Of a stretch of 64,000 bases of DNA, positions 33,775 through 43,931 are shown piece after piece. This DNA comes from a virus. The translations under genes were made by a program, and so were the position numbers. Location: IMG/VR virus record IMGVR_UViG_3300028840_004512, positions 3,333-67,332 of that record, one strand, 5' to 3'. The notes below the pieces were generated by a model. The model saw only the letters and a program-made list of their open reading frames with translations. It was not told the origin of the DNA and made no database searches. Numbering within the stretch: the first letter of the stretch is position 1; every line of letters starts with the position of its first letter.

Positions 33775-36228
33775 CTAGGAAGACTGCCTCCCAATAACAA
33801 GAAAGAAGACGTACCAGTTGTCCGTAGCAAAGCTGTCTTCCGAGGCCGTCGTTGGATCTATCGCCGCCAGGCGAAAGTAGGTGGTAGCTCGGGTGTTCAC
33901 GACCACAAACCTGTAGGGCGTGAACTGCATCATCGCCACGACACTGTAGTCGTCGTTGTCTAAAGCTACTCGAAAGTCGATTTGCAGATAATTCCCCGAG
34001 ATACTCGCCGAGATATTGAAGCCATCATACACATTGACAGCCCCTCCCCCCGTCGTATAAACCTGCCCCCACGCCTTGATCATGTTGATGGCGTAGAGCG
34101 TGTTGGGCTCCGGCGTTACCGTGTACACCGGATTGGTGTTCGACCCCGAGTCAGTGAACTGCACCCGCGGATCCCACAGCTTGAGGTCGCACCTACCAGT
34201 CGACTCCAGACCCCACGTATGACTGGTAGTCCAAGCTGACGGAGGATCCGCCCAAGGAGATCCAGTAGATTCCTGCTCATCTAGCTCAAAAGAAGCCCCA
34301 AGCCACAGAAGCCTCTGGGCAGGGCCGCCAGTATTGTCCGCCTCCCAGGCGGTCCCATTCCACCGCGCATTAGCAGTTAGCTCTAACATGTCTGGGTTCG
34401 TGCTGTACCCTGCGCGATACAAACGAAAGTGGGACCTTACCCCAGTCGTGTCCGGTGCAGGAAGCTCCAGTATCAAAGTGCGCGTAGGGTCTACCCCTGT
34501 AACAGCCTCGTCCGCCCGCTCCACACTGAGCCGAGCAACCCGCGCCCAAGCCTCGCTTTGAAGCATCGCGCGCCCGAGATAGGTGACCCCCCAGTCGATC
34601 CAGTTACCTGTGGCGTCCGCTCCAAAAGACCCCTGATCTGCATCCCACTGCGACTCGGTCCAAGGCGAAGCGCTAGCGGAGTCGTGAAATCTCTGCTCAA
34701 AGCCGAAGCGGCTAACCCTAAAAAGGGTCGAATCCTCCGCAGCGTCACGTGACCAAGATGCCCCATTCCACGCAGCATTGACCGTAAAAGCCCAACCGCC
34801 GTTGTAGGGAGAACCGGTCACTGCATAGAGCCGCGCAGTACTAGCCGTCGAGCCCAGGTCGTCCTCTGCCTCCCAAAGCAGCGTGTAGTCGTAGGAGCCG
34901 CTATCCGCTACTGGAGTAGTGATACGCGGTGTAGCAGACGGGTGTGTCGCTCCGCGCAGATACTTCCCGAGGTTCAGCAGCTGCCCAAACAGCTCCAGCC
35001 CTATCGGGAGGTCCGTAGCGGAGTCCTGCTGGTCAAGACGCTCAACGCGTAGGTTCCCGCCCTCCTCCTTCACCAGGATGCGGTCGCCTAGGTCGCTATA
35101 GTCGCCGGTGCTCCCAGCATCATAGAGAACGATTGAGGAGGCTAGCTGCGCCCGCTGTGCGTCTCCGAAGGGGTAAGGGTCCGAGAGCGAGGTCTCAAGC
35201 CACACCTGCAGGTCATCCAGCCGGATGGCCGGGCCGGACGCGGCAAACTCTAAAGAATCTCCCTGCACCCTGACCATAAACACCTCGCGGATGTCATAGC
35301 CTGACGGAATGGTGAGGATATGCTCCAGCTCCTCATAGGCTGAGTCGGCGGACACGTCGCACTCAACATAACCCCAAGGGCCTACTAGGTCCCCCAAGCT
35401 GTCGCGGTAGAAGATATACACGTACAGGTTACCCGCTGTTGCTGCCTGCACCATCTTCTTGGCAATGTTTATGCGGTAGCGCTGCCCCTCCTCCACCAAG
35501 ACCCCAAGCGTCTGCGACAGCAGGAAGATTACCGATCCCGACGTATAGTCCAGCTCCATGCATCTCGGGCTGCTGTTAGGGTCGGTGGTCGATGGGCCAA
35601 ACGTAGCAGTCCCCGACACCACCCGCGCCTCCCAAGGATGCGCTGCCCAATCGTACGGGGTGCTAACCGCGTCGGAGACCTCAAAGGCGCTGTTCTTAAC
35701 CAAGGGCGCCCACATCAGCGCCTCGGGGGCCTGGTTGGCCCACGCCATGGTCCGATACTCGTAGGCAAGCATCGAGGCGTCTATAGGGTTCCCAGCAGCA
35801 GGCACGTCCACCGTCCCAATCACCACCAGCTCATCCTTCTCCGTCGCCCCGTTGTACTCGGCCTCGGTGTACGCACGCACCCACGCCTCCGTCGTCGCGC
35901 CGAGCGCATAGGTGGCGTAGATCGCCAACACTACCGTCTCTGAGTCGTACGCCGTCAGGCTGAGTAGAATAGCGCCCGAGGTGTAACGGATCGTAAGCGA
36001 GTAGCCCGTCTCGGTCTGGTAAACCGCCACCATGTCGGCCGCGGCCGTGTCTAGCGTTAGCTCAACCGTACGATCCCCTCCCAAGCCGTCTACTCCCAGA
36101 CCAAAGCCCCGGTAGATGCCTGGAGGGATGACCACCGCATGCTTCTCGTTGAGACCAGCCGTCACGAACGGCTGGCGAAACCGCATCGTGTACTCGTCAG
36201 AGGCGAAGGTGGTTAGGTCCGTGGCCAT
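33775..36228 (-). CDS. tail fibre / receptor-binding protein, paralog 1
   Basis: MATDLTTFASDEYTMRFRQPFVTAGLNEKHAVVIPPGIY; C-terminal NTLYAINMIKAWG. Confidence 0.8.
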   Translation of the reverse strand: MATDLTTFASDEYTMRFRQPFVTAGLNEKHAVVIPPGIYRGFGLGVDGLGGDRTVELTLDTAAADMVAVYQTETGYSLTIRYTSGAILLSLTAYDSETVVLAIYATYALGATTEAWVRAYTEAEYNGATEKDELVVIGTVDVPAAGNPIDASMLAYEYRTMAWANQAPEALMWAPLVKNSAFEVSDAVSTPYDWAAHPWEARVVSGTATFGPSTTDPNSSPRCMELDYTSGSVIFLLSQTLGVLVEEGQRYRINIAKKMVQAATAGNLYVYIFYRDSLGDLVGPWGYVECDVSADSAYEELEHILTIPSGYDIREVFMVRVQGDSLEFAASGPAIRLDDLQVWLETSLSDPYPFGDAQRAQLASSIVLYDAGSTGDYSDLGDRILVKEEGGNLRVERLDQQDSATDLPIGLELFGQLLNLGKYLRGATHPSATPRITTPVADSGSYDYTLLWEAEDDLGSTASTARLYAVTGSPYNGGWAFTVNAAWNGASWSRDAAEDSTLFRVSRFGFEQRFHDSASASPWTESQWDADQGSFGADATGNWIDWGVTYLGRAMLQSEAWARVARLSVERADEAVTGVDPTRTLILELPAPDTTGVRSHFRLYRAGYSTNPDMLELTANARWNGTAWEADNTGGPAQRLLWLGASFELDEQESTGSPWADPPSAWTTSHTWGLESTGRCDLKLWDPRVQFTDSGSNTNPVYTVTPEPNTLYAINMIKAWGQVYTTGGGAVNVYDGFNISASISGNYLQIDFRVALDNDDYSVVAMMQFTPYRFVVVNTRATTYFRLAAIDPTTASEDSFATDNWYVFFLVIGRQSS

Positions 36229-36237
36229 ACCAAAACC

Positions 36238-36813
36238 TCAGAAGATGATCCGAACGACGTTGAGAATCTGCTTGGAGCTGTCCTTGACCTGCACCGGGAA
36301 GGTCCCATAGGCCACCATAAGCCCCTCGTCTGAAGCTAGCCCGCTCTCGGTCGGGTGGTCGCCGAACACACCGATCTCCCATATCTCGGGGCTGTTCCCG
36401 TAGCCGTCATCATTAAAGTCCCCGAGGTCAAGGAGACAGTCTATCTCCACCGTGTACGCAGCTGGATAGGAGATGTCCGAGATCGTCAGATCCTTCTTGA
36501 ACGTGGCCCGCTCCTGAGTCCCGTAACGCTGATTGGCCGGAGCCCGCGTCGGGTCCACCACACAGTCCAGGTCCTGGATAAGCGGAGACGTCAGACGCCG
36601 AAGCGTCGCATCAGGCGTGCGACGCTCCTTCCCCGTCCCTGGATCGACCCAGCCCCCCTCCCCCACCTTAAAGAACTTAAAGCGGGGGTCCCAGGTAGTG
36701 GGCTGCGGGCTCGCTGGCACCGTGGGGGTCCCCGGCGTCCCAAAGATACCACCAAGGAACTGCGGCCAGTATATCCGCGCGTCCTCCGTCACTGTCGCTA
36801 CTACAACCGCCAT
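36238..36813 (-). CDS. tail-collar / fibre-anchoring baseplate protein
   Basis: FKVGEGG...IWEIGVF...MVAYGTFP...K pattern; position before the fibres. Confidence 0.7.
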   Translation of the reverse strand: MAVVVATVTEDARIYWPQFLGGIFGTPGTPTVPASPQPTTWDPRFKFFKVGEGGWVDPGTGKERRTPDATLRRLTSPLIQDLDCVVDPTRAPANQRYGTQERATFKKDLTISDISYPAAYTVEIDCLLDLGDFNDDGYGNSPEIWEIGVFGDHPTESGLASDEGLMVAYGTFPVQVKDSSKQILNVVRIIF

Positions 36814-36841
36814 CTTACCTCACCTTTGAAGTATCCCCAGG

Positions 36842-38626
36842 TTACTCTCGCCAATGCCACTTACGCAACAGATAGTCGACCAAGCCCACGAGCTCCCCCT
36901 CAGCAAGGGCGCGAGGAATAGCCGCCATCTCCCCCAGATAGCCTCTCAACCCACCAACGACAGGGTTGTCGCCAAGATACAGGTTGGGTCCCGTCGCGCC
37001 AGTATCCGGCGTTCCCGGAGACGTCGTATCGCTCCACACACCCCGTTCCTCCCCCTGCGGCTCTAACGGCCACCAGCCGGGAGCACTAGAGATATCCAGC
37101 GGATGCGCTCGAATCTCACACACTGGGGTCGATGGGTCGAAGACCACCGTGATAACACCCACGAAAGGAGGCAATATCGAGTTTATAGGTGTCGACCACG
37201 AATAGTAGTAGCTACCTCCCCCCAAGGAGGAGCCAATCCTGATGACAAAGTACTTCTTATCTCCATCAAACCAGAGCCAGAACCCCGTCGTCGTGGGCGC
37301 CGGCACCGCAACGTGCGTAATCGCAAGGTAGCGGTTGGCATAGGTGTCCACCGGAAGACCTACCAGAAACGCCAACGTGAACGCCGACCCATCAAACAGA
37401 AAGCTGAAGTCGTCCGTGCCCGAGATCTGAATACGCTCGGATAGGGTCAGATAAAGCGCGCGTTTGCTGTTGATCGTACTGGTGGTTAAAGCTGTCGACA
37501 CCGTTCCCGACGAGCTACCCTGCGGCGCTAGGTTGGTGATCCCATCAACAAGGTCCCCGGCAAGGCTCACATCCTCCCCACTAGCGTCCACCCAGGCAAC
37601 CGCATCTACCAACGCCGGATCTGGGTAAGGCGACAGCGGTGGGTCACTAATCACCAGCACAGCATTAGCAGGCGGCCCAGCACCCGCGCTAAAGTTGAAC
37701 GACTCCACCAAGGTTAGGGTGCTCGGGTCATACTTGTCCACCCGGTTCGGCCCGACGTCGGATGGGGCATCAAGACCTGTAACGGCTGCATAAAGGTAAT
37801 TAGCATCATGCGAGAAGTCCACGATGCGCAGCGCCGTTGGAACCGACAGACTATCCAACACAGCGGTGCCCCCAAACGCTGTCTTGAGGATCTGTGGAGG
37901 CGATGACCCGACAGCGACATTACCCCCGATCCATTCATATCCAAAAGCTCGGTGCATCCCGACCAGCCCCGCAGAAGGCGAGAAACCGGTGAGCGTCTGT
38001 ATCGACGGCGAGAGCGCAGTGGTGAAAGCATACACCTGGTCAACCCTATTAACATCAGCGCAGCGGAGAAGAATAGAGCCAGTGTCCGTAGGCGACAGCT
38101 GCATCCTATCCCGCCGCGTCCCTACCGTGGTTATGGTCGAGGCACCCCAGGAGTCGACCGCCTCCGACCCCGGAGTGACGTCGATCTTGAACAGTCGATA
38201 GTTAGCATCGTCGGACCGAACACCAATCACATATAGCCAGCCTCCCAAGGACACCATACCCAGAGGATTGTAGGTGTTTGAACCGTCCGTCACGGTCATG
38301 CTAGCCACCAGCTTCGTACCATCGTAGGCTAGCTTTGAGATAGATCCTACAGACGTCTCCCCCACCCACATGAAGCCGTTGGCGTCCACAGCTCCACACC
38401 CCACGGTGCTACCCCCCGCAAGGATATGACGAGCTATCAGCTCCCCCCGACTATCCCACCTAGCCGCCACGATCTGCACGTTTGTGGAGTTGTACTCAAC
38501 GGACCAATACTGCCCGGCACCGTCCGGGCCAAACAGCCCCCGAAGCCAGTACGTGCTCAGCGCCTCGTAGGCTAAAACGTAGCCTTCGTTACGCTCCAGC
38601 CGCTCGAACGCGTCATTCGTCACCAA
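36842..38626 (-). CDS. virion protein with beta-propeller-like and LamG-like domains
   Basis: Blade-like repeats; AWVDAS...GYLGEMAAIPRAL....VDYLLRKW. Confidence 0.7.
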   Translation of the reverse strand: MVTNDAFERLERNEGYVLAYEALSTYWLRGLFGPDGAGQYWSVEYNSTNVQIVAARWDSRGELIARHILAGGSTVGCGAVDANGFMWVGETSVGSISKLAYDGTKLVASMTVTDGSNTYNPLGMVSLGGWLYVIGVRSDDANYRLFKIDVTPGSEAVDSWGASTITTVGTRRDRMQLSPTDTGSILLRCADVNRVDQVYAFTTALSPSIQTLTGFSPSAGLVGMHRAFGYEWIGGNVAVGSSPPQILKTAFGGTAVLDSLSVPTALRIVDFSHDANYLYAAVTGLDAPSDVGPNRVDKYDPSTLTLVESFNFSAGAGPPANAVLVISDPPLSPYPDPALVDAVAWVDASGEDVSLAGDLVDGITNLAPQGSSSGTVSTALTTSTINSKRALYLTLSERIQISGTDDFSFLFDGSAFTLAFLVGLPVDTYANRYLAITHVAVPAPTTTGFWLWFDGDKKYFVIRIGSSLGGGSYYYSWSTPINSILPPFVGVITVVFDPSTPVCEIRAHPLDISSAPGWWPLEPQGEERGVWSDTTSPGTPDTGATGPNLYLGDNPVVGGLRGYLGEMAAIPRALAEGELVGLVDYLLRKWHWRE

Positions 38627-41388
38627 CCACCTCCTACCCAGACCGTGTCCGTCGCATCCACCTCAACCACGATGGCCGTATCAAGCGCGATGTCATCCAG
38701 CGCAATGTCGTCAAAGTAAGCCGTCAATGGTGCTAGAAGCAGGTTCTGGAGCGCATCTGCGTTGACCTCGGCCCGAATGTTTAGCGACGCCTCCAGCGTC
38801 TGCTTAAGGATGGGCACCAGCCGCACATGCTTAGGCTTGGCCAACGTCTGAAGTCGCTCAATAACACGCTCAAGCACCCGCTCAACCGCCACCCCAGTCT
38901 CGTTGATCACGTCCCCCGCGGAGATGATGGCCACCACCACGCTCGCCGCGCAGTAATCGCAGGTCGACTGGATACTGCACTGATACTCAAGCCGCGCGTC
39001 CTGCGTAGCCGGAGGCGACGCGGTTGGGAGGGCGGCAGGGTCCGCCACAATCTCGAAGGTCCAATCAGCGCCGTCCGCCTCCGGCGCGGTCTCGACCACG
39101 AACTCCTTTCCATCAGAGTCGATAAGCTTCCAGAAAGGGCCATCCAGCACCTGGCGGGTCGGACCTGCGGGGTTCCGCGGGATAACATCAGCCTCCCCAT
39201 TAACCTTCACCTCGTAGGTTAGGCCACTCAGATTCGTAACCGAGAGGATCTCAACCGTCACGTAGGCGGCAAAGTCCTCCTCCCAGCAGTAACGGTCAAT
39301 CCCAAACACCTTCCCCGGTAGGTTGGCGTCCACCCAATCGGTGAGCTGGTCAGCCACCACCTCATCAAAGTTGGGCTGAGTTGGCGGCTGGTCACTGTAG
39401 AACCTAACAAGAGACCAGCGGATTGTCGGGATGCCTATGGTGCCCCCTGAGCCGTAGTCTGGCAACGAGCCCGCGGGGGTAGGGAGCTCAAACACTAAGG
39501 TGTTCGAGTCCTCCACCGTCGCGATGTCGTAGAGGCCGTTGTTATCGGAGTCCGCGCAGTTGTACAGCTGCACGCTCAGGGCCTCATCCGAGGCCCGAAA
39601 GGCAGCTGCTGGATCATACAGCTGTCCTGCCGTGCCCGAGAGAGTAAGGGAGCCCCCCGTTCCGGAGCGCCCGGCTCCTTCCTCAGCCACCCCATATATC
39701 TCCGCAGTCCCTCGGAGCTCCTCCGCAATAGCAAAGGTGACGCGGTACACATTGAAGACCTCAACCTCAAAGCCGCTGATAGCCCCAAGAACCTCGTAGC
39801 CGTGCTCGTTGCCCTTAAGGTCCAGCCACGCGTTGACATGGTCAACGAAGCTCCGCTGGCGGTCCTCGCTCTCCTGCGTGTCGATTGCAAGGCCGAAGTC
39901 CGGCGCCATAAACTTTATGATCGACTCCGCCCGAGCATTCTGCTTTGTGAAGTCGCCCGAAACCAGGTTCCAAGTGAGCGGGCCCTCGTCCAACGTCAAC
40001 GCTGTCCCTACGATAGCCGTCTCCTCATCCGTCACGTCCACGATCGAGACCGTCGTGTTGTTGCTGGTTATCGAGCCGGCCAGCACCAGAGACATGCCCA
40101 CCTCAGATGGGTCCCAACCCCCCGTCGGCGCTATAACCTCGCTCTGTCCTGCGACAGGATAGTCAATGCGGGTGATCTCTAGGTCACGGCCACCGCGCTC
40201 AATGATTCCGGCGCCCGTTGCTGCCCGCAGCTCCCAATATATGCCCGTCTCACCGGTGGCGAAGGTGGTGTCTAGCTCAACCGTGCTCACGCCCATAACG
40301 GAGACGATCCGATAGTGCCCATCCTGCCCGGCACTAGACCCCCGAAGGTCAACATACTTCCCCACGTCCTCCGTGCTATCGAACGAGGCGTTGGTGTCCG
40401 ACACAGTTGCAGCACCCCCTCCCGTGATGACCATGGAGGTCCCCTCTTGCTCCACCACACCAACAGGCACCGCCCGCCCGCTCAGGTCGAGCTGTGGGTG
40501 GGGGAGGAGCGCCCAGGTAAGAGGACCGGCGTCCGTCGTCAAAAAGCCCTTCAAGAGCAATCTAGGGGGCGCCACAGACATGTCCACCGACACGATCTCA
40601 AAGCGGCCGTTGTTCTCGTCGGTGGAGGACCCCGAGATGGTGATGAAGCGGCCTACGTCCTTCGGCGTAAACTCCCCAGACGCCGCTGTAAAATATCCTC
40701 CGGAGATTGCACCGTCGCTGCCCTCCTTATCCGTCTGGAAGGCCAGACCCCCAACAGCAGCAAACTGCCGTCGGGCCACCACAGTAAAGTCCGCGTAGCC
40801 ATCATTGATGAGCCAGCCCGGCGTGATATCTGAGACCGAGCCGCCTCGGACCTCGACCGTGACGTAGTCGGAGGGCGCCGACACCATCTCTCGGAGTTCC
40901 CACCGCAGGAACCCCGCATCAGGCGCCAACGCGGGGTCGGTGGCAATCGTGTGCAGGTCCACATCCACCGTAACGACCACGCTGCGGTTGTTGGCTGGGT
41001 TGGAGGACCCCCGAACCACCAGCTCCTTCCCTACCGCGGTCTCACGAAACCGCCCAGTCGGTGAGACAAACCGCCCAAGGGCGTCCACATAGCCATCCAG
41101 ACCCGATTGCTCTATCTCCCCCTGCACCACAATGTGCCGGCCGAGCTTGAGGCGCGCAACCCAGTCATACTGCGTCCTAACCTTAAGCGGGTCGCGGAGG
41201 TCTGTAAAGTTGCGGACGCTGCGTCGCAGATGGTCAAACGAGGGGAAAAGCCCCTCGATGAAGGCTTGAAGTAGCCCGGTGGTGTCTGCGTCGCGCTGCA
41301 GTTCCGGGATTAGCAGCCAAAGCGTACGACGAGACCAAGCCGCCTCCCCAAAAGGATCGCGTCCCCACCGATCGTGACCAAATGACAT
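38620..41388 (-). CDS. baseplate wedge (P2 gpI-like) protein with inserted beta repeats
   Basis: LIPELQRDAD...; DFGL.ID....RQR......LKG; KPKHVRL; repeated F...DVG..I.I.GS....NG.F.I..V units. Confidence 0.7.
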   Translation of the reverse strand: MSFGHDRWGRDPFGEAAWSRRTLWLLIPELQRDADTTGLLQAFIEGLFPSFDHLRRSVRNFTDLRDPLKVRTQYDWVARLKLGRHIVVQGEIEQSGLDGYVDALGRFVSPTGRFRETAVGKELVVRGSSNPANNRSVVVTVDVDLHTIATDPALAPDAGFLRWELREMVSAPSDYVTVEVRGGSVSDITPGWLINDGYADFTVVARRQFAAVGGLAFQTDKEGSDGAISGGYFTAASGEFTPKDVGRFITISGSSTDENNGRFEIVSVDMSVAPPRLLLKGFLTTDAGPLTWALLPHPQLDLSGRAVPVGVVEQEGTSMVITGGGAATVSDTNASFDSTEDVGKYVDLRGSSAGQDGHYRIVSVMGVSTVELDTTFATGETGIYWELRAATGAGIIERGGRDLEITRIDYPVAGQSEVIAPTGGWDPSEVGMSLVLAGSITSNNTTVSIVDVTDEETAIVGTALTLDEGPLTWNLVSGDFTKQNARAESIIKFMAPDFGLAIDTQESEDRQRSFVDHVNAWLDLKGNEHGYEVLGAISGFEVEVFNVYRVTFAIAEELRGTAEIYGVAEEGAGRSGTGGSLTLSGTAGQLYDPAAAFRASDEALSVQLYNCADSDNNGLYDIATVEDSNTLVFELPTPAGSLPDYGSGGTIGIPTIRWSLVRFYSDQPPTQPNFDEVVADQLTDWVDANLPGKVFGIDRYCWEEDFAAYVTVEILSVTNLSGLTYEVKVNGEADVIPRNPAGPTRQVLDGPFWKLIDSDGKEFVVETAPEADGADWTFEIVADPAALPTASPPATQDARLEYQCSIQSTCDYCAASVVVAIISAGDVINETGVAVERVLERVIERLQTLAKPKHVRLVPILKQTLEASLNIRAEVNADALQNLLLAPLTAYFDDIALDDIALDTAIVVEVDATDTVWVGGGW

Positions 41389-41530
41389 TAGGAGTACTCC
41401 TCACGGTACACCGTGGCCTTACGGTCGCAACTAAGTGCCGACGGAACCCCCTCATATAACCACGGGGCCAACACCGCGGACCGTTTCGGACTGTAAGCTA
41501 AGCGCATTGTTCCATGGTACCTCCGGTATC

Positions 41531-41743
41531 CTACCTAAGCCACCGCTGGGCTACCTGAATGTCAACAACGTCTGTCGCCGGGTCCACCCCACAAGGAAGG
41601 TCCGCTGGATCAAGCTCAGATGCATGGGGGTCTGGCTCCCCCTCCACAACCCAGTAGACATAAGCGGGCTGCTGCCTGGACGGGCAAGTCTGGTCAATCC
41701 CTCGCATCTTGAAGCAAGTCTTCTGTAGCGTAGGTGGTGCCAT
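41531..41743 (-). CDS. small protein, paralog of the 41747..42049 C-terminus
   Basis: KMRGIDQTC...QPAYV.WV...PD...PADLPCG..P.TDV.DI. Confidence 0.75.
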   Translation of the reverse strand: MAPPTLQKTCFKMRGIDQTCPSRQQPAYVYWVVEGEPDPHASELDPADLPCGVDPATDVVDIQVAQRWLR

Positions 41744-41746
41744 CGG

Positions 41747-42049
41747 TTACTCCCTCCACACCGCAGCTATGTGGATATCGATTACGTCCGTCGAAGGGTT
41801 AGATCCACAGGGCAGGTCAGCCGGAGTAAGCAGAGATGCTGTTAGGTCTGGCTCCTCCTCAGACACCCAGTGAACATAGGCAGGCTGCAACCCCGCGGCG
41901 CATGTTTGGTCAATCCCTCGCATCTTGTAATAGGTCCGCAAGACCACACCACCAGGCGGCAAGATAAAGGCTCCCGGCTTCCGGGTATCCTGAATCGCCC
42001 CGTAAGGAGAGGTAACATCATAAACCACTGACCCTGGAACATCAGCCAT
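41747..42049 (-). CDS. small virion-region protein
   Basis: 100 aa, paralogous to the downstream gene. Confidence 0.75.
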   Translation of the reverse strand: MADVPGSVVYDVTSPYGAIQDTRKPGAFILPPGGVVLRTYYKMRGIDQTCAAGLQPAYVHWVSEEEPDLTASLLTPADLPCGSNPSTDVIDIHIAAVWRE

Positions 42050-42051
42050 AG

Positions 42052-43020
42052 CTACGCCGTCTGTAAAACTGTCGATTCATCCCAAGGCACAATCAGATCC
42101 CCTATCTGAGTGAACTGCTTCAAGGTACCCGTATCTGGGTATTGATCCCCATCGCTCCGAGCCTGTACCCCCCACCAGAAGTCTGACGGATGCCCCATGT
42201 GACCCCGGTAGCCCACAGTGTTCGCCACCAATCCCATAGGCATGATAGGGTTGTTGCTATCCCACTCGCTAGGAACACCCGGAGAGAGCAACACGGCCGT
42301 CTCTGTGGTACCCCGCGCCTCGTAGGTTAGATAAGGCTGAACAAGCGTTCCGCCTTCCTGCGCAAAGTTGTCTGTCTGGTCAGCCACGAAGCTAAACTCC
42401 GCACAGCTCGCCGTATTGCTGGCTGAAGTATCAAATCGCAGCAGCACTCCGTCAGTCCACCCCGAAACCTTGTCCACGACCACTTCCATCCGCCACAACG
42501 ACACCACATAGTTGGACCTATAGGTGATCACCATCGTAGCGTCTCCGTCCTCCGAATGTAGAGCCTGAATCTTTGTTGCAGTGGTCCCCCAATAACCGTC
42601 TACGGCGATCCAGTTCCAATCACTGTGGAGCACAATCTCATCGGCCGCTGTCGGACGAGCAGTTATCGTCCCAGCTCCGAAAGCCCCTGAAGGGGACCAC
42701 ACGATATCCAACCTGTAGGGAAAGAAGCGGTTCAGATCTATGCAAATCTCGTAGCCCTCACTACCCGGAGCCTTGAGTACAATCCAGCTGCGTGTAGACG
42801 TACCCCAGACCAGGTCTCCCCATACTGTCCAGTTGTCGTTGCTATCCGCCGTCGTACCATCAGAGGAGCTAGACACCGTCCAGGGAAGAATTGCGAACCC
42901 CTTAAGAGCGTTCTTAACCGAAAGTAGATGCTCGGCATAGTCCTGCGCTTGTGAGACTGCCGCCCCTCCCACCCTATTGAGATCAAACTGCCAGGTCTTC
43001 TGTAGTGTTGGTAGCGCCAT
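42052..43020 (-). CDS. virion structural protein-like
   Basis: 322 aa, Trp/Gly/Thr-rich beta protein. Confidence 0.75.
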   Translation of the reverse strand: MALPTLQKTWQFDLNRVGGAAVSQAQDYAEHLLSVKNALKGFAILPWTVSSSSDGTTADSNDNWTVWGDLVWGTSTRSWIVLKAPGSEGYEICIDLNRFFPYRLDIVWSPSGAFGAGTITARPTAADEIVLHSDWNWIAVDGYWGTTATKIQALHSEDGDATMVITYRSNYVVSLWRMEVVVDKVSGWTDGVLLRFDTSASNTASCAEFSFVADQTDNFAQEGGTLVQPYLTYEARGTTETAVLLSPGVPSEWDSNNPIMPMGLVANTVGYRGHMGHPSDFWWGVQARSDGDQYPDTGTLKQFTQIGDLIVPWDESTVLQTA

Positions 43021-43031
43021 CTTCCCTTCTC

Positions 43032-43931
43032 CTATACCCAGGTAAGCCGCAACGAGGCCCGCTTGCAGGTGATAACGTCCGTAGGACCTGGGCTACCCGA
43101 CGAGTCGTCCAGGATAATCTGGACCTCGTAGTCGATCTCGTCGTCCTGCAGGTCCACGCCCCCACCGGTACCTATCGAGAGCACTCCAGACGACACAATC
43201 TCAGGCGTCTCCGACGAGGATGTTATCTCCGAACTCGTTACCGCCGCACCGTTGGTGAGATCATAAAGCCGCGCCTTGGCGGGCAGGGGTGTTGTCCCGT
43301 CGGTGGTCTCCAGCATCGCCTGGAAGCGCACCTCACGCGTTAGCCCGAGACCTCCGGGGTAGTAGATGCGGGGGTCAAACTTAAAACCCCCGTGACCCTC
43401 CCACGTCACGCTGTCGGTTATCTCGGCCCCCGCTATACCCACCACCTCGTACACCTGCGTCAGCACACGAGGACCGAAGATGTAGATGCTCTGCCCATCG
43501 CCTATCACGGAGCCGTTGCGCCAGATAACCGCGTCATCCAACCGCTGCGCAAGCACGATAGCATTGTCGCTAACCGGGATACGAGAGCCAGTCTCCGCCG
43601 CGATGCTCTGAGTAGACTGGGGTGCCCGCGTCAGCTCGACGTAGAGAAACTCCCCATCCTCCAGCGTCACCGTATCACCGCTAGTAGAGTTCGGGACGTA
43701 CCAGCGGTAGCCCGTCGTAGCTGCAACAGCCTGCAGCGGCTCGGCCCAGGTGAGGTCTCCCGAGGTAGCGTTGAAGCTCACCAGGCCGCCGCCAAAGAGG
43801 ACGAAGTTCTTATCCTCACGCGTGGTAAAGAAGCTGGCATCCACCGCATTGACGAAGGACACAAAGGAGTCCCAATACGGATCCGAAAACTGTTTAGGGT
43901 ACGGCCAATTTAGACGAGGAGAAGTAGGCAT
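43032..43931 (-). CDS. virion structural protein-like
   Basis: MPTSPRLNWPYP..., a fibre-like N-terminus. Confidence 0.8.
   Translation of the reverse strand: MPTSPRLNWPYPKQFSDPYWDSFVSFVNAVDASFFTTREDKNFVLFGGGLVSFNATSGDLTWAEPLQAVAATTGYRWYVPNSTSGDTVTLEDGEFLYVELTRAPQSTQSIAAETGSRIPVSDNAIVLAQRLDDAVIWRNGSVIGDGQSIYIFGPRVLTQVYEVVGIAGAEITDSVTWEGHGGFKFDPRIYYPGGLGLTREVRFQAMLETTDGTTPLPAKARLYDLTNGAAVTSSEITSSSETPEIVSSGVLSIGTGGGVDLQDDEIDYEVQIILDDSSGSPGPTDVITCKRASLRLTWV

Noticed and set aside
28448-36228. Diversity-generating retroelement or invertible fibre cassette
   Set aside because: No reverse transcriptase, adenine-specific TR/VR pair or invertase was seen; all copies are co-oriented.
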